A DNA stretch of 60,918 nt, from contig JAFSVR010000017.1 of assembly GCA_017444895.1 (NCBI GenBank), positions 1 through 60,918 of the forward strand, given 5' to 3'. Within the stretch, counting starts at the first letter, position 1. Each line of letters starts with the position of its first letter. The DNA comes from Clostridia bacterium (GTDB taxonomy: Bacteria > Bacillota > Clostridia > Christensenellales > UBA1242). Made by a program: the position numbers and the translations under genes. Below, piece after piece: positions 27,710 through 37,578 of the stretch. The notes below the pieces were generated by a model. It saw nothing but the letters and a program-made list of their open reading frames with translations. It ran no database searches and was not told the origin of the DNA.

Positions 27710-28981
27710 ATGCTTTCAACAATTCTATATATCATAGTTGCTATCATTATTCTGTTAGTTTTAATCACTGTTCATGAGTTTGGGCATTATTCAGCCGGAA
27801 AACTTTTGGGTTTCAAGATTAATGAGTTTTCAATAGGCTTTGGGAAAGCCATATATAAGAAAACCAAGAAAAACGGAGAGGTTTTTTCAATAAGGCTTCT
27901 TCCTCTTGGTGGATATTGTGCTTTTGAGGGGGAAGATGAAGATAACCCCTCACCAGATGCTTTTAATAACCAAAAGCCATGGAAAAGGTTGATTGTAACG
28001 CTTTCTGGTGTTCTTTTCAACTTCCTATTTGCAATCATAATGAGCGCCATTTTTTTGATGGTGAGCGGGTATGCTGTTCCAAAGGTGTATACGGTTGCTC
28101 CTGGCAACACACGCCTTGAAGTTAATGACATTATCAGAGGTGTGAACGGCAAAAACCTTGAGATTTATAGGCATCTTAATGATGAAATCGCACGCTTCAA
28201 AGAGGGCGAAACATATACCTTAACCATTGAAAGAGATGGCAAAATTATTGATATTGAATATTCAAATGAAAAATATGGTGCATTCTATTATGTTGGCAAC
28301 TTTGCTGGAATCAAGGATGATATTTATGATGTTGGTGGAAATGCCATCAGCGAAGAAGATTTTGCATTGCTAATCAGGGGGCTTGCTGTTGAAACAGACG
28401 CAGAGGGCAAGGCGCAATTGCTTTCAACTGTGCCAATGGGCAAATTCTTCTATAAAGATGCCAATGGGAATCTTGTTGATTATGGCTCAGATGATGCTGA
28501 TAAAAAACTAATTGAACTTGCAAATATCAGCCTTGCAACTGAAGGCGTTGGTGCGGGGATCGTTTATACTAGCCTTGCGCAGAACTATGGATTCTTTGAA
28601 TCTCTTGTTAAGGCTTGGCCATTTGCGTTCTATATTTGCTCAGTTATCCTTTCAGCGCTTGCAGGAATCTTTACTGGCGCAACGGGGCTCAAAGACCTTG
28701 GGGGAACGGTTACGGCGATTGGCCAAATGGCTCAAATCAGCGCCATGGGCTTCACACAATTTTTAATGCTTTTCCCATTGCTTTCGCTCAACCTTGCCAT
28801 TTTCAACGTTTTGCCAATTCCGGCGCTTGATGGGGCAAGGGCCGTGTTCATCTTGATAGAGATGATATTTAGGAAACCTGTTCCAAGAAAAATTGAGGGA
28901 TATATCCACACGGTTGGCTTGATTCTACTTCTCGCTCTCGTTTTATTCCTTGATATTTACCACATATTTTTTGTGAAGTAA
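27710..28981 (+). CDS. rseP: RIP zinc metalloprotease RseP/RasP (site-2 protease, M50)
   Basis: HEFGHY, internal PDZ-like segment, NVLPIPALDG. ATG 27710 follows AAGGAG (ORF opens at 27671). Confidence 0.85.
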   Translation: MLSTILYIIVAIIILLVLITVHEFGHYSAGKLLGFKINEFSIGFGKAIYKKTKKNGEVFSIRLLPLGGYCAFEGEDEDNPSPDAFNNQKPWKRLIVTLSGVLFNFLFAIIMSAIFLMVSGYAVPKVYTVAPGNTRLEVNDIIRGVNGKNLEIYRHLNDEIARFKEGETYTLTIERDGKIIDIEYSNEKYGAFYYVGNFAGIKDDIYDVGGNAISEEDFALLIRGLAVETDAEGKAQLLSTVPMGKFFYKDANGNLVDYGSDDADKKLIELANISLATEGVGAGIVYTSLAQNYGFFESLVKAWPFAFYICSVILSALAGIFTGATGLKDLGGTVTAIGQMAQISAMGFTQFLMLFPLLSLNLAIFNVLPIPALDGARAVFILIEMIFRKPVPRKIEGYIHTVGLILLLALVLFLDIYHIFFVK

Positions 28982-29018
28982 AAATTCCAAAATAATAGCA
29001 TAACAAAAGAAGGACAAT

Positions 29019-30629
29019 ATGGAAATTGATGCGATAACACAATCACTTAACGAATACACAAACGGCGAGTTTGATTTTGCCTTGCGTTCAGCAAGCCTAA
29101 GCGGGGAAACTTGCACGCTTGAAATAACATATAAAGATGGGTCAATTTTAAGGAAAGAAAAGCGTCAGGAATTGACGCTTTTTGCCTTGAAACAGCTTCC
29201 AGCCGGATTTGTTTATAACATCAAATTTGTTAAGAATTTTATAACCAGTGAAGTTGTTGAGGACGCCGTAAAAAGCATAATTGCCCATGAGTTTCCAGCG
29301 CTTGTTTATTCCTATGGTTCATTTGATGAAGAAAATGGACATTTAGTTGTCATCAATATCAATTCTCAACTTAGTGAATACGCTAAGAACAAAAATGTTG
29401 AAAGCGTAATCGCTGAAAAACTTAAAGAACGATTTTTAAGTGATTTTGTTGTTAAGTGTGATCTTAGCGATGAGGTTGGGAAAATTGAAGAAACTGAAGA
29501 AGAGTTTTTTGTTGAGTCAACCATTGTTAAACACGAAATAGATGTTGATGAAGTTAATGCATTGTGTGGTGAAAAGATAATGCAAAAGCCAATTTATATT
29601 CGTGATGCGCTTGCCAAAGTTGGCGAAGATGTCGTGGTTTGTGGGAAAATAAAATTCCTTAAAAGCGACAAAATCAAATCAAAAAAAGATAAAAAAGAAG
29701 ATGTGATAGAACAGCCGGAGCAAGCAGACACTTCACAAGACGGGGAAGAAGCACCAGTTCCATACGAAAAAAAATACTATAAGTTCAGTGTTGAAGATTT
29801 TTCTGGCGAAATTAAATGCATATACTTTTCAACAAAGACCACAATCGCTGGTGCAGAAAAACTTGCTGATGGAAGCGAGGTTGTTTTAAGCGGGGTTGTT
29901 GAAGAGGATAAGTTTGCAGGTGGTGTTTGTATCAAAACAAAAAATATCAGTCTCTGCATCTTGCCAAAGAATTTTAAGGAACCAGTTGTTTGGAAAACTG
30001 AGCCAGAACATTATAGGTGTTGCTTTCCAGAACCATATGTTGATGAAAAACAAGTTGATTTGTTCAGTGTTTTAAGCGGAAATCTTGATGACGTTGCTCC
30101 ATATTTGAAAGACCATGATGTTGTTGTTTTTGACCTTGAAACAACGGGGCTATCTGCCATAGACTGCAAGATAATTGAAATTGGTGCAGTAAAAATTCAC
30201 AACGGCAAAATAATTGAGAAGTTTGAAACGTTTGTTAATCCGAAAGAACATATTGCAGATGACAGCACACTCATTCATGGAATAACTGATGATGATGTTA
30301 AAGATGCACCAGTTTATGAAGATGCGCTTGCTGATTTTTATAAGTTCACACGCAATTCAACACTGGTTGCATATAATATTGCATTTGATTATAGTTTCAT
30401 TAGCACTTATGGAACAAAAGCAGGATACAACTTTGATAATCCGCAAATTGATGCCTTAAAACTTGCAACAAAAAACGTTAAGGGGGTCAAAAACTATAAA
30501 CTTAAAACAATAGCTGATAGCCTTGGGGTTCTCCTGGACAACGCACATAGGGCGGTATATGATGCAATTGCAACTGCTGAGGTGTTTATCAAACTTGCCA
30601 AATACATTGATGAAAATGGCAAAGTTTAG
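29019..30629 (+). CDS. PolC-like N-terminal/OB-fold protein fused to a DEDDh 3'-5' exonuclease; no PHP or polymerase domains
   Basis: Exo motifs VVVFDLETTGLS, LVAYNIAFDYSF, HRAVYDAIATAEVF. Preceding OB-like segment (VVVCGKIKF...GEIKCIYFS...VVLSGVVEE...). Lies between rseP and rimP, where polC normally sits. Confidence 0.6.
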   Translation: MEIDAITQSLNEYTNGEFDFALRSASLSGETCTLEITYKDGSILRKEKRQELTLFALKQLPAGFVYNIKFVKNFITSEVVEDAVKSIIAHEFPALVYSYGSFDEENGHLVVININSQLSEYAKNKNVESVIAEKLKERFLSDFVVKCDLSDEVGKIEETEEEFFVESTIVKHEIDVDEVNALCGEKIMQKPIYIRDALAKVGEDVVVCGKIKFLKSDKIKSKKDKKEDVIEQPEQADTSQDGEEAPVPYEKKYYKFSVEDFSGEIKCIYFSTKTTIAGAEKLADGSEVVLSGVVEEDKFAGGVCIKTKNISLCILPKNFKEPVVWKTEPEHYRCCFPEPYVDEKQVDLFSVLSGNLDDVAPYLKDHDVVVFDLETTGLSAIDCKIIEIGAVKIHNGKIIEKFETFVNPKEHIADDSTLIHGITDDDVKDAPVYEDALADFYKFTRNSTLVAYNIAFDYSFISTYGTKAGYNFDNPQIDALKLATKNVKGVKNYKLKTIADSLGVLLDNAHRAVYDAIATAEVFIKLAKYIDENGKV

Positions 30630-30680
30630 AACTTTTTAGGCAAAAAATGGCAATAAGTTTATATATTTTTATATAAATAC

Positions 30681-30709
30681 TTGCAATTTGGAAATATTTG
30701 TTTTATACT
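30681..30709 (+). promoter_or_regulatory. sigma-A-type promoter of the rimP-nusA-infB operon
   Basis: TTGCAA (30681-30686), 17 nt, TATACT (30704-30709). Confidence 0.65.
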
Positions 30710-30729
30710 TTAAGCAGAATTATGCTTAA

Positions 30730-30761
30730 CTAGGAGTGGCGCAGGCCACTCCTAGGTTTTT
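30730..30761 (+). terminator. intrinsic terminator/attenuator in the rimP-nusA leader
   Basis: Perfect 11-bp stem CTAGGAGTGGC-gcag-GCCACTCCTAG followed by GTTTTT. It lies between the promoter and the rimP SD/ATG (30775). Confidence 0.6.
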
Positions 30762-30774
30762 GAAAGGGGGCAAA

Positions 30775-31236
30775 ATGCAGAAAAATGTAACACAAAAGGT
30801 TCAAGAATTCATCGAACCAATTGTAAACAAACTTGGCTATGACATCGTTGAAGTTGAGTTTGGAAAGAAGCAAAACGGAATGAACTTAACCGTTTATATC
30901 GATAAAAAGGGCGGGGTTAGTCTTGATGATTGTGTTGCCGTTCACGAAGCGATTGATGCTCCCCTTGATGAACTTGATCCAACAAGCGGCGAGGGATATA
31001 TTCTTAATGTTTCAAGCCCAGGATTAGATAGGCCAATCAAAACCGATGCAGACTTAAATCGCAACCTTGGGGAAATTCTTGAAGCAACAACGTTTGTTAA
31101 AATTGGTGCAAAAAAGAATTTCGTTGGGAAGCTGGAAAAGTTTGATGATGAAAGCATAACTCTTATGGGTGAAGATAAGACCTATGAACTTAAACGTGAA
31201 CAAATTGCAAAACTCTGCAAATATATTGAGTTTTAA
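30775..31236 (+). CDS. rimP: ribosome maturation factor RimP
   Basis: LGYDIVEVEF..., SSPGLDRPIK motif. ATG 30775 follows AAAGGGGG (ORF opens at 30736 inside the leader hairpin). Confidence 0.9.
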   Translation: MQKNVTQKVQEFIEPIVNKLGYDIVEVEFGKKQNGMNLTVYIDKKGGVSLDDCVAVHEAIDAPLDELDPTSGEGYILNVSSPGLDRPIKTDADLNRNLGEILEATTFVKIGAKKNFVGKLEKFDDESITLMGEDKTYELKREQIAKLCKYIEF

Positions 31237-31262
31237 GAAAAAAATTTAACGAGGAGAAAGAA

Positions 31263-32390
31263 ATGGTAAGTAAAGATTTTTTCGATGCATTAGAAGCTCT
31301 TGAAGAGCAAAAGGGAATAAAAAAGGAGTTTTTCATTGAAACACTGGAATCAGCATTAGTTGCCGCTTATAAAAAGAATTTTGGCGAAGCAAGAAAGGTT
31401 GAGGTTAAACTCAACCCAGAAAAAGCAACAATCAAGGTTTATGCTTATAGGGTTGTTTGCGAAGAGGTTAGTGATCCAGATTGTGAAATCAGCCTTGAAG
31501 ACGCTCAAAAAATAAAAAAGAGTGCAAAGATTGGCGATTCAATCAGCGAGGAGATAACCCCAAAAGATTTTGGACGTATTGCCGCAGGAACCGCAAAACA
31601 AGTTATTGTTCAAAAGCTCAGAGAGGCTGAAAGAAGCCTTGCTTTTGGCGAACTTGAAAGCAAGGTTGACACCATAATGACAGGAACGGTAAGGCGTGTT
31701 GACGCAGACACTGTTTATGTTGAACTCAGCGGAACGACCATTGAGGGCGTTATGATGGGCTCTGACCAAATTCCAAATGAAAAATATGAAGTTGGCGCAA
31801 GAATTAAGGTTTATGTTAAGAAACTCAGAGAAACAATCCACGGCGTTCAGGCAATCATTTCTCGTTCAACACCAAATTTTGTAAGGCGTCTTTTTGAGAG
31901 CGAAGTTCCAGAAATTGCTTCTGGCGTTGTTGAAATCAAGAACATTGTTCGTGAAGCAGGATATAGAACAAAACTTTCAATTTCATCAAACGATGCTAAT
32001 GTTGACCCTCTTGGCGCATGTGTTGGAAACAGAGGCGTAAGAGTTAACAGCATTGTAAGCGAACTAGGCGGAGAAAAAGTTGATATTATCATTTGGTCAG
32101 ACGATCCATTTGAATATATTGCACGTGCGCTTAGCCCAGCAAAGGTAATCAGCGTTGAAATTGATGAGGTTTTGAAGGCAAGCAAGGTTGTTGTTCCAGA
32201 CGATAAGCTATCTCTTGCAATCGGTAAGAGCGGACAAAACGTTAGGCTTGCAGCAAAACTTACTGGTTGGAAGATAGACGTTAAGAGCGAAAGCGCTTCA
32301 AAGAAGCAAGAAGACGTAGATACAGGCAACTTCAACGTTGAAACAGACGCTGATGATGCAGATTCACTTTTCACAAACCTTGATGAATAA
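31263..32390 (+). CDS. nusA: transcription termination/antitermination factor NusA
   Basis: N-terminal NusA domain, S1 (GTVRRVDADTVYVEL), two KH (GACVGNRGVRV; AIGKSGQNVRLA). Confidence 0.95.
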   Translation: MVSKDFFDALEALEEQKGIKKEFFIETLESALVAAYKKNFGEARKVEVKLNPEKATIKVYAYRVVCEEVSDPDCEISLEDAQKIKKSAKIGDSISEEITPKDFGRIAAGTAKQVIVQKLREAERSLAFGELESKVDTIMTGTVRRVDADTVYVELSGTTIEGVMMGSDQIPNEKYEVGARIKVYVKKLRETIHGVQAIISRSTPNFVRRLFESEVPEIASGVVEIKNIVREAGYRTKLSISSNDANVDPLGACVGNRGVRVNSIVSELGGEKVDIIIWSDDPFEYIARALSPAKVISVEIDEVLKASKVVVPDDKLSLAIGKSGQNVRLAAKLTGWKIDVKSESASKKQEDVDTGNFNVETDADDADSLFTNLDE

Positions 32391-32399
32391 GGAGCAAAT

Positions 32400-32666
32400 A
32401 TGGTTGGAACAAAAAAAGAGCCACAAAGAACTTGCATTGCTTGCAGAGAAATGAAAGATAAAAAAGATCTCATAAGAATTGTTAAGAACCCTGATGGCGT
32501 TTCAGTTGATAGAACTGGGAAGGCTAGTGGGAGAGGTGCATATATCTGTAATAGTGTTGAATGTTTGAATAAATGCGTCAAATCTAGGGCGCTTAACCGA
32601 GCATTCAAAGAAAATGTTCCAAACGAAGTTTATGAAAAATTAAAGGAAGAATTTAATGCAGAATAA
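32400..32666 (+). CDS. ylxR: YlxR/RnpM family RNA-binding protein (DUF448)
   Basis: RTCIACRE..K.DLIRIV...GRGAYIC signature; conserved nusA-ylxR-ylxQ-infB order. Confidence 0.85.
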   Translation: MVGTKKEPQRTCIACREMKDKKDLIRIVKNPDGVSVDRTGKASGRGAYICNSVECLNKCVKSRALNRAFKENVPNEVYEKLKEEFNAE

Positions 32667-32952
32667 AATAAAAACCTATATTGGTTTTGCCATAAAGAGT
32701 GGAGAATTTGCCTTGGGTGTTGATAATATTCTAAAAGCGCGCAAGGTTGCCATAATCCTTGTTGATGAGGTGTTGGGCGAGAATTCTTGCAGAAAACTAT
32801 ATAATAAGTTTGATGGCTCAATCATACGCAAAGTGGCAAACTTAACCGATATAACAAATGGTGCAATGGCCTTTGCCATAACGAACAAAGAGTTGGCATC
32901 TGCTTGCAATAAAATTTTGTCTGGAGAAGATGGAGGAAATATAGTTGAGTAA
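32656..32952 (+). CDS. ylxQ: L7Ae-family RNA-binding protein YlxQ
   Basis: ~98 aa, IGFAIKSGEFALG... L7Ae-like N-terminus; position between ylxR and infB. Confidence 0.75.
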   Translation: MQNKIKTYIGFAIKSGEFALGVDNILKARKVAIILVDEVLGENSCRKLYNKFDGSIIRKVANLTDITNGAMAFAITNKELASACNKILSGEDGGNIVE

Positions 32953-35410
32953 TAATGAAAACAAAGATAAGATGAGCCTTGAAGCAATCAAAAGCGTTCA
33001 AGAACAGTTGAAATCAAATGCGATTTCATCTCTTTTGTTGAACATAAAAAAGGCAAAAACCACAGTTGAGAAGTATGTTTCTGCCATAAGACAAAAACAA
33101 ACGCAACTAAGGGCTGCTGAACTTGAAAAAGAGGCACAACTCAAAAAGCAAGCCCAAGATGAACAAAAGCTTCAAGAAGAGAAAAAAGTAAAGGCTAAAA
33201 AGGCCGAAGAAACTGCGCAAGCCCCTGAAAAACCAGCATCTTTTAAGGGGCAACATTCAAATGCGACAAAAACGCGTGTGTTTGATGACCAAAGAAGACC
33301 AGGCGGAAGTTTTGCACAAAATGGTCAAAGACAAAACGGCACAAATAGGCCTTTTGACAAGAATGCAAGGTTTAATAAAGACGGGCAAAAGCCATTTGGG
33401 CCAAGACCATCTGGAACGGGCGCTAAGAATAGGCCTGTTGAAACCTATGACGCTTCAACATTAATCAAAAAAGACATTAAGGCTTCTGCACCAAAGAAAA
33501 AGACGTTTGATCACGGCGAAGACAAAAAGGCAATGAACAAAAAAGCCCTTGTTATGCGCGGATATGTTGAAGATGAAAGCCTTGTTGATGATGGCTATGT
33601 TGCTGGCGGGAAGAGGCGTTCTAAGAAAACGAAAGAAACCCAAACAGTAATTGCCCCAAGGATTGACCACGCAGTTATAACAACAGACAACTTAACGGTT
33701 AAGCTCCTTGCTGAAAAAACAGGACGTTCGGTTGCTGAAATCATGAGCAAATTCTTGATGCTTGGCATGAACGTTAATATCAACTCATCAATAGATTTTG
33801 ATAGTGCAGAACTGATCTGTACCGAACTTGGTGTTACTCTTGAAAAGAAACATGAGCTCACATTTGAAGAGCAGATGGCTGAGCAACACAAAGCCGAAAA
33901 TGAGAAGGATGAAAACATGGTAAAACGCCCACCAGTCATTACGGTTATGGGCCACGTTGACCATGGTAAAACCAGCCTTCTTGACTATATCCGAAAAACC
34001 AACATAACAAGCGGAGAGGCTGGCGGAATAACCCAGCACATCGGAGCTTACACAATTTCTGTTAGCGGCCAAACAATAACTTTCATAGACACTCCGGGCC
34101 ACGCAGCATTTACTGCCATGAGGAAACGCGGGGCAAACTTAACAGATATTGCAATTTTGGTTGTTGCTGCTGATGATGGTGTTATGCCTCAAACAATAGA
34201 AGCAATCAAACATATTAAAGAAGCAAAAGTTCCTATGATTGTTGCAATCAATAAGATTGACACACCAACAGCCAATGTTGAAAAAATCAAGCAACAACTC
34301 ACGGAACATGACGTTGTTCCAGAAGAATGGGGCGGAGATGCAATTATGCTTCCAATTTCGGCTAAAACCGGAGAGGGAATCGATAAATTGCTTGAAATGC
34401 TCTTGTTTGTAAGTGATTATCAAGAACTCAAGGCAAACCCTAACAGACCGGCTAGCGGTTCAATCATTGAAGCAAAACTAGATAAGGGTATGGGTAGCGT
34501 TGCAACCGTTTTGGTTCAAAATGGAACTTTGCATGTTGGCGACTATGTTTTGGTTGGAACATGCTCAGGAAAGGTTAGAGCAATGACCAACGATAAGGGT
34601 AAGCAAATCAAAGAAGCAGGCCCTTCAATCCCTGTTTCAATTCTTGGACTCACGGGCGTTCCAAATGCTGGCGACTCACTATATGTTGTTGATGAAAAAC
34701 TCAGCAAACAAGTTATTGCCGAAAGAATTGAAAAAGAGCGTATGGGACTTATCAAAAAGGCAGATTTATCAGTTGATTCTTTGATGAACAAGATAACTGA
34801 AAGCAACTTTAAGGACTATAATGTTATCATCAAGGGAGATGTTGCGGGAACGGTTGAAGCGCTTAAATACACTCTTAGTGATGTTGCAAATGATGAAGTT
34901 AAAGTAAGATGCATTCATGGTGGCGTTGGTGCTATCAATGAAAACGATGTTATGCTTGCTCAGGCATCACACGCCGTTATCATTGGGTTCAACGTTAAGC
35001 CAGATTTCAAGGCGAAACTTTTGGCTGAAAAATATAAAGTTGACATCAAGTTCTATAAGATAATTTACGAGGCGATTGAGTTCGTAACCAAAGAAATTGA
35101 AAAACTCAAAACTCCAAAATATCAAGAAGTTGTTTCAGGCCATGCCGAAGTGAGGCAATTATTTAAGGCAAGCAAGGTTGGAATTATTGCGGGCTCTCAT
35201 ATGCTTGACGGAAAGATCACAAAGACAAGCAAAGCAAGAATTCTCAGAAAGGATGCCATTATATTTGATGGGGCAGTTAACAGCCTTCAAAGAGAGAAAA
35301 ATGAAGTTAAAGAAGTTCTTGCCGGATTTGATTTTGGCGTTACATTTGAAAACTTTACTGACCTTCAAGTTGGTGACATCATTGAAGCATATAGCCTAGA
35401 AAGAATTTAA
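32945..35410 (+). CDS. infB: translation initiation factor IF-2
   Basis: G-domain [24 protein letters not shown]-rich N-terminal region. TTG 32945 lies 8 nt after GGAGG (alternative ATG 32972). Confidence 0.95.
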   Translation: MSNNENKDKMSLEAIKSVQEQLKSNAISSLLLNIKKAKTTVEKYVSAIRQKQTQLRAAELEKEAQLKKQAQDEQKLQEEKKVKAKKAEETAQAPEKPASFKGQHSNATKTRVFDDQRRPGGSFAQNGQRQNGTNRPFDKNARFNKDGQKPFGPRPSGTGAKNRPVETYDASTLIKKDIKASAPKKKTFDHGEDKKAMNKKALVMRGYVEDESLVDDGYVAGGKRRSKKTKETQTVIAPRIDHAVITTDNLTVKLLAEKTGRSVAEIMSKFLMLGMNVNINSSIDFDSAELICTELGVTLEKKHELTFEEQMAEQHKAENEKDENMVKRPPVITVMGHVDHGKTSLLDYIRKTNITSGEAGGITQHIGAYTISVSGQTITFIDTPGHAAFTAMRKRGANLTDIAILVVAADDGVMPQTIEAIKHIKEAKVPMIVAINKIDTPTANVEKIKQQLTEHDVVPEEWGGDAIMLPISAKTGEGIDKLLEMLLFVSDYQELKANPNRPASGSIIEAKLDKGMGSVATVLVQNGTLHVGDYVLVGTCSGKVRAMTNDKGKQIKEAGPSIPVSILGLTGVPNAGDSLYVVDEKLSKQVIAERIEKERMGLIKKADLSVDSLMNKITESNFKDYNVIIKGDVAGTVEALKYTLSDVANDEVKVRCIHGGVGAINENDVMLAQASHAVIIGFNVKPDFKAKLLAEKYKVDIKFYKIIYEAIEFVTKEIEKLKTPKYQEVVSGHAEVRQLFKASKVGIIAGSHMLDGKITKTSKARILRKDAIIFDGAVNSLQREKNEVKEVLAGFDFGVTFENFTDLQVGDIIEAYSLERI

Positions 35411-35421
35411 GGAGAAAAACA

Positions 35422-35781
35422 ATGCCAAATAATGTTAGAATGGCAAAAATTAATAGCGAAATTCAAAGGTCGCTTTCGGGGATAATAAGTGAACTTAACA
35501 ACCCAGAACTAGAAAATGTTATAATTTCAGTTCAGCGTGTTGAAACAAGCAACGATCTTTATGTTTCAAAAGTTTATATCGGCATTTTGGGCAACACCCA
35601 GTTTCAAGATAGAATAATGGCAATTCTTAACAATGCAAAGGGCTTCATTAGAAAGGAGCTTGCGCATAAGGTTATCTTGCGAATTGTTCCAGATTTGGTT
35701 TTCATTCTTGACGATTCGCTTGAATACAGCCAAAATATCAACAGGCTGATAAAACAAATAAATGAGGGAAAAGATGAATAA
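35422..35781 (+). CDS. rbfA: ribosome-binding factor A
   Basis: RMAKINSEIQRSLSGII..., 119 aa, follows infB. Confidence 0.9.
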   Translation: MPNNVRMAKINSEIQRSLSGIISELNNPELENVIISVQRVETSNDLYVSKVYIGILGNTQFQDRIMAILNNAKGFIRKELAHKVILRIVPDLVFILDDSLEYSQNINRLIKQINEGKDE

Positions 35782-36715
35782 AGTTATTGAAGAAATTTTA
35801 AGTGCAAGCAAGATAACCATATTCTCGCATATCAAAACTGATGGCGATGCAGTGGGTTCGTCCCTTGCACTTTTTGAATTCTGCAAAAATCATGGGAAAG
35901 AAGTTTGTGTTGCAATTGATAGTGAAATGCCCAATCATTTGCTGTTTATGAGCAACATTGGCAATATAAATAATAACGTTTTTTTCAAAGGCGATTTGGC
36001 AATCGTTGTTGACTGCATAGATGCTGACAGGGTTGGAAGAAATAAGTTTAAGTTCAAAAACTATAAAAAAATTATTAATATTGACCATCATGCCGGAAAT
36101 GCAATGTTTGGTGCTCTAAATTACGTTAAGGAAGCATATTCAAGCGCATGTGAAGTCGTTTATGATTTGTTTGATGAAAACGGCATAGAATTGTCTCCGG
36201 TTATGGCCGAAGACCTTTTTACGGGGCTGCTTACAGACACTGGCAACTTGTTTTATAACTCGGCAACCCCAGCAACATTTGCAAAAGCGGGTAAACTTCT
36301 TGAAATAAGCCAAAAAAATCTTGAGTATTTCACTCGCAATTTGTTTTCAGATGTTTCAATGAATATTTTTGAATTGAAAAAGATGGTGTATAACACCATT
36401 GAGTTCTATGATAACAAGCGAATTGCACTAATCAAAATAAGCAATGCAGATTTGGCAAAATGTGGCGTTAACATGATAGACACCAAATCAGTTCTTGAAA
36501 TTGCAACCAGCATCAAAGAGGTTATGGTTGTTATTGAAATAACCGAGGGAGAGCCAGAAACCTGCTATGTTTCTTTAAGAAGCAAAGGCGACATTGATTG
36601 TTCAGTTTTTGCTGAAAAATTTGGCGGTGGCGGGCATATGCATGCTTCTGGTTGCCGAATTTATGACACCCTTGAGAATGCATCTAAAAAAGTTTTAGAG
36701 GTTGTTAAGATTTAA
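35774..36715 (+). CDS. nrnA: DHH/DHHA1 phosphoesterase (NrnA-like oligoribonuclease / pAp phosphatase)
   Basis: H.KTDGDAVGS, IDHH and GGGGH motifs. ATG 35774 follows GAGGGA (ORF opens at 35762). Confidence 0.8.
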   Translation: MNKVIEEILSASKITIFSHIKTDGDAVGSSLALFEFCKNHGKEVCVAIDSEMPNHLLFMSNIGNINNNVFFKGDLAIVVDCIDADRVGRNKFKFKNYKKIINIDHHAGNAMFGALNYVKEAYSSACEVVYDLFDENGIELSPVMAEDLFTGLLTDTGNLFYNSATPATFAKAGKLLEISQKNLEYFTRNLFSDVSMNIFELKKMVYNTIEFYDNKRIALIKISNADLAKCGVNMIDTKSVLEIATSIKEVMVVIEITEGEPETCYVSLRSKGDIDCSVFAEKFGGGGHMHASGCRIYDTLENASKKVLEVVKI

Positions 36716-37566
36716 TGGTTGGCATTTTTAATATAAACAAAGGAAAGGGTGTGAACAGTTCAAGCGTTGTTGCCAAGATAAAACACCTAACAAAAGAAAA
36801 AGTTGGGCATCTTGGGACCCTTGATCCAATGGCAACCGGCGTTTTGCTTGTTGCTGTTGGCAAAGCAACTAGATTGTTTGACCTGTTTCTTGAAAAAAAC
36901 AAAGAATACGTTTTTTCTGCAAAATTTGGCGTGGAAACCGACACGCTTGATGCCGATGGGCAAATAGTTGAAACAAACAATAAAATTCCAAACAGGGCAG
37001 AAATTGAAGCAATTTTGCCAAGTTTTGTTGGCAAGCAACTTCAAGTTCCACCGCAATATAGTGCAAAGAAGGTAAATGGCAAAAGGGCATATGACTTAGC
37101 AAGAAAAGGCGAGAGTGTTAACCTTGCGCCAAAAGAAATTGAAGTTGTCAGTCTTGAACTTTTATCTTTTGGAAATGACGAAGCATCTTTCAAGATGAGC
37201 TGTTCAGCGGGAACATATGTCAGAAGCGTTGTGAGGGATATAGCACACACGCTTAAAACTTTGGCAACAACAACAGAGATAAACCGAACAAAAGCAGGTA
37301 AATTTGCCTTAGAAGATAGCAAGAGTTTGGATGAAATATTAACAAACCCTGAAAAGAATATCATTTCCCTGCACGACGTTCTTGAGGGGCTCAATACGGT
37401 TCAACTTAATGAGGCGCAAACCGGTGATTTGCTTTGCGGAAAGGTTGTTAAAGTTGATGGCAATAAATCAGCCCAAAATATTGTCATTTTAACCCCAAAA
37501 GATGAAATTTATGGGATTGCAGATATAGACAATGGAAGAATTAAAGTTAAGGCGTTTTTGCTTTAG
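36715..37566 (+). CDS. truB: tRNA pseudouridine(55) synthase
   Basis: HLGTLDPMATGVL catalytic motif; TAATG overlap with nrnA. Confidence 0.9.
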   Translation: MVGIFNINKGKGVNSSSVVAKIKHLTKEKVGHLGTLDPMATGVLLVAVGKATRLFDLFLEKNKEYVFSAKFGVETDTLDADGQIVETNNKIPNRAEIEAILPSFVGKQLQVPPQYSAKKVNGKRAYDLARKGESVNLAPKEIEVVSLELLSFGNDEASFKMSCSAGTYVRSVVRDIAHTLKTLATTTEINRTKAGKFALEDSKSLDEILTNPEKNIISLHDVLEGLNTVQLNEAQTGDLLCGKVVKVDGNKSAQNIVILTPKDEIYGIADIDNGRIKVKAFLL

Positions 37567-37578
37567 AAGGAGAAAAAG

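Noticed and set aside
31847-32608. 253-aa ORF on the minus strand, antisense to nusA/ylxR
   Set aside because: It lies entirely inside very confidently identified + strand genes. Its S/L/F/T-rich composition is typical of shadow frames, and it has no SD or promoter.
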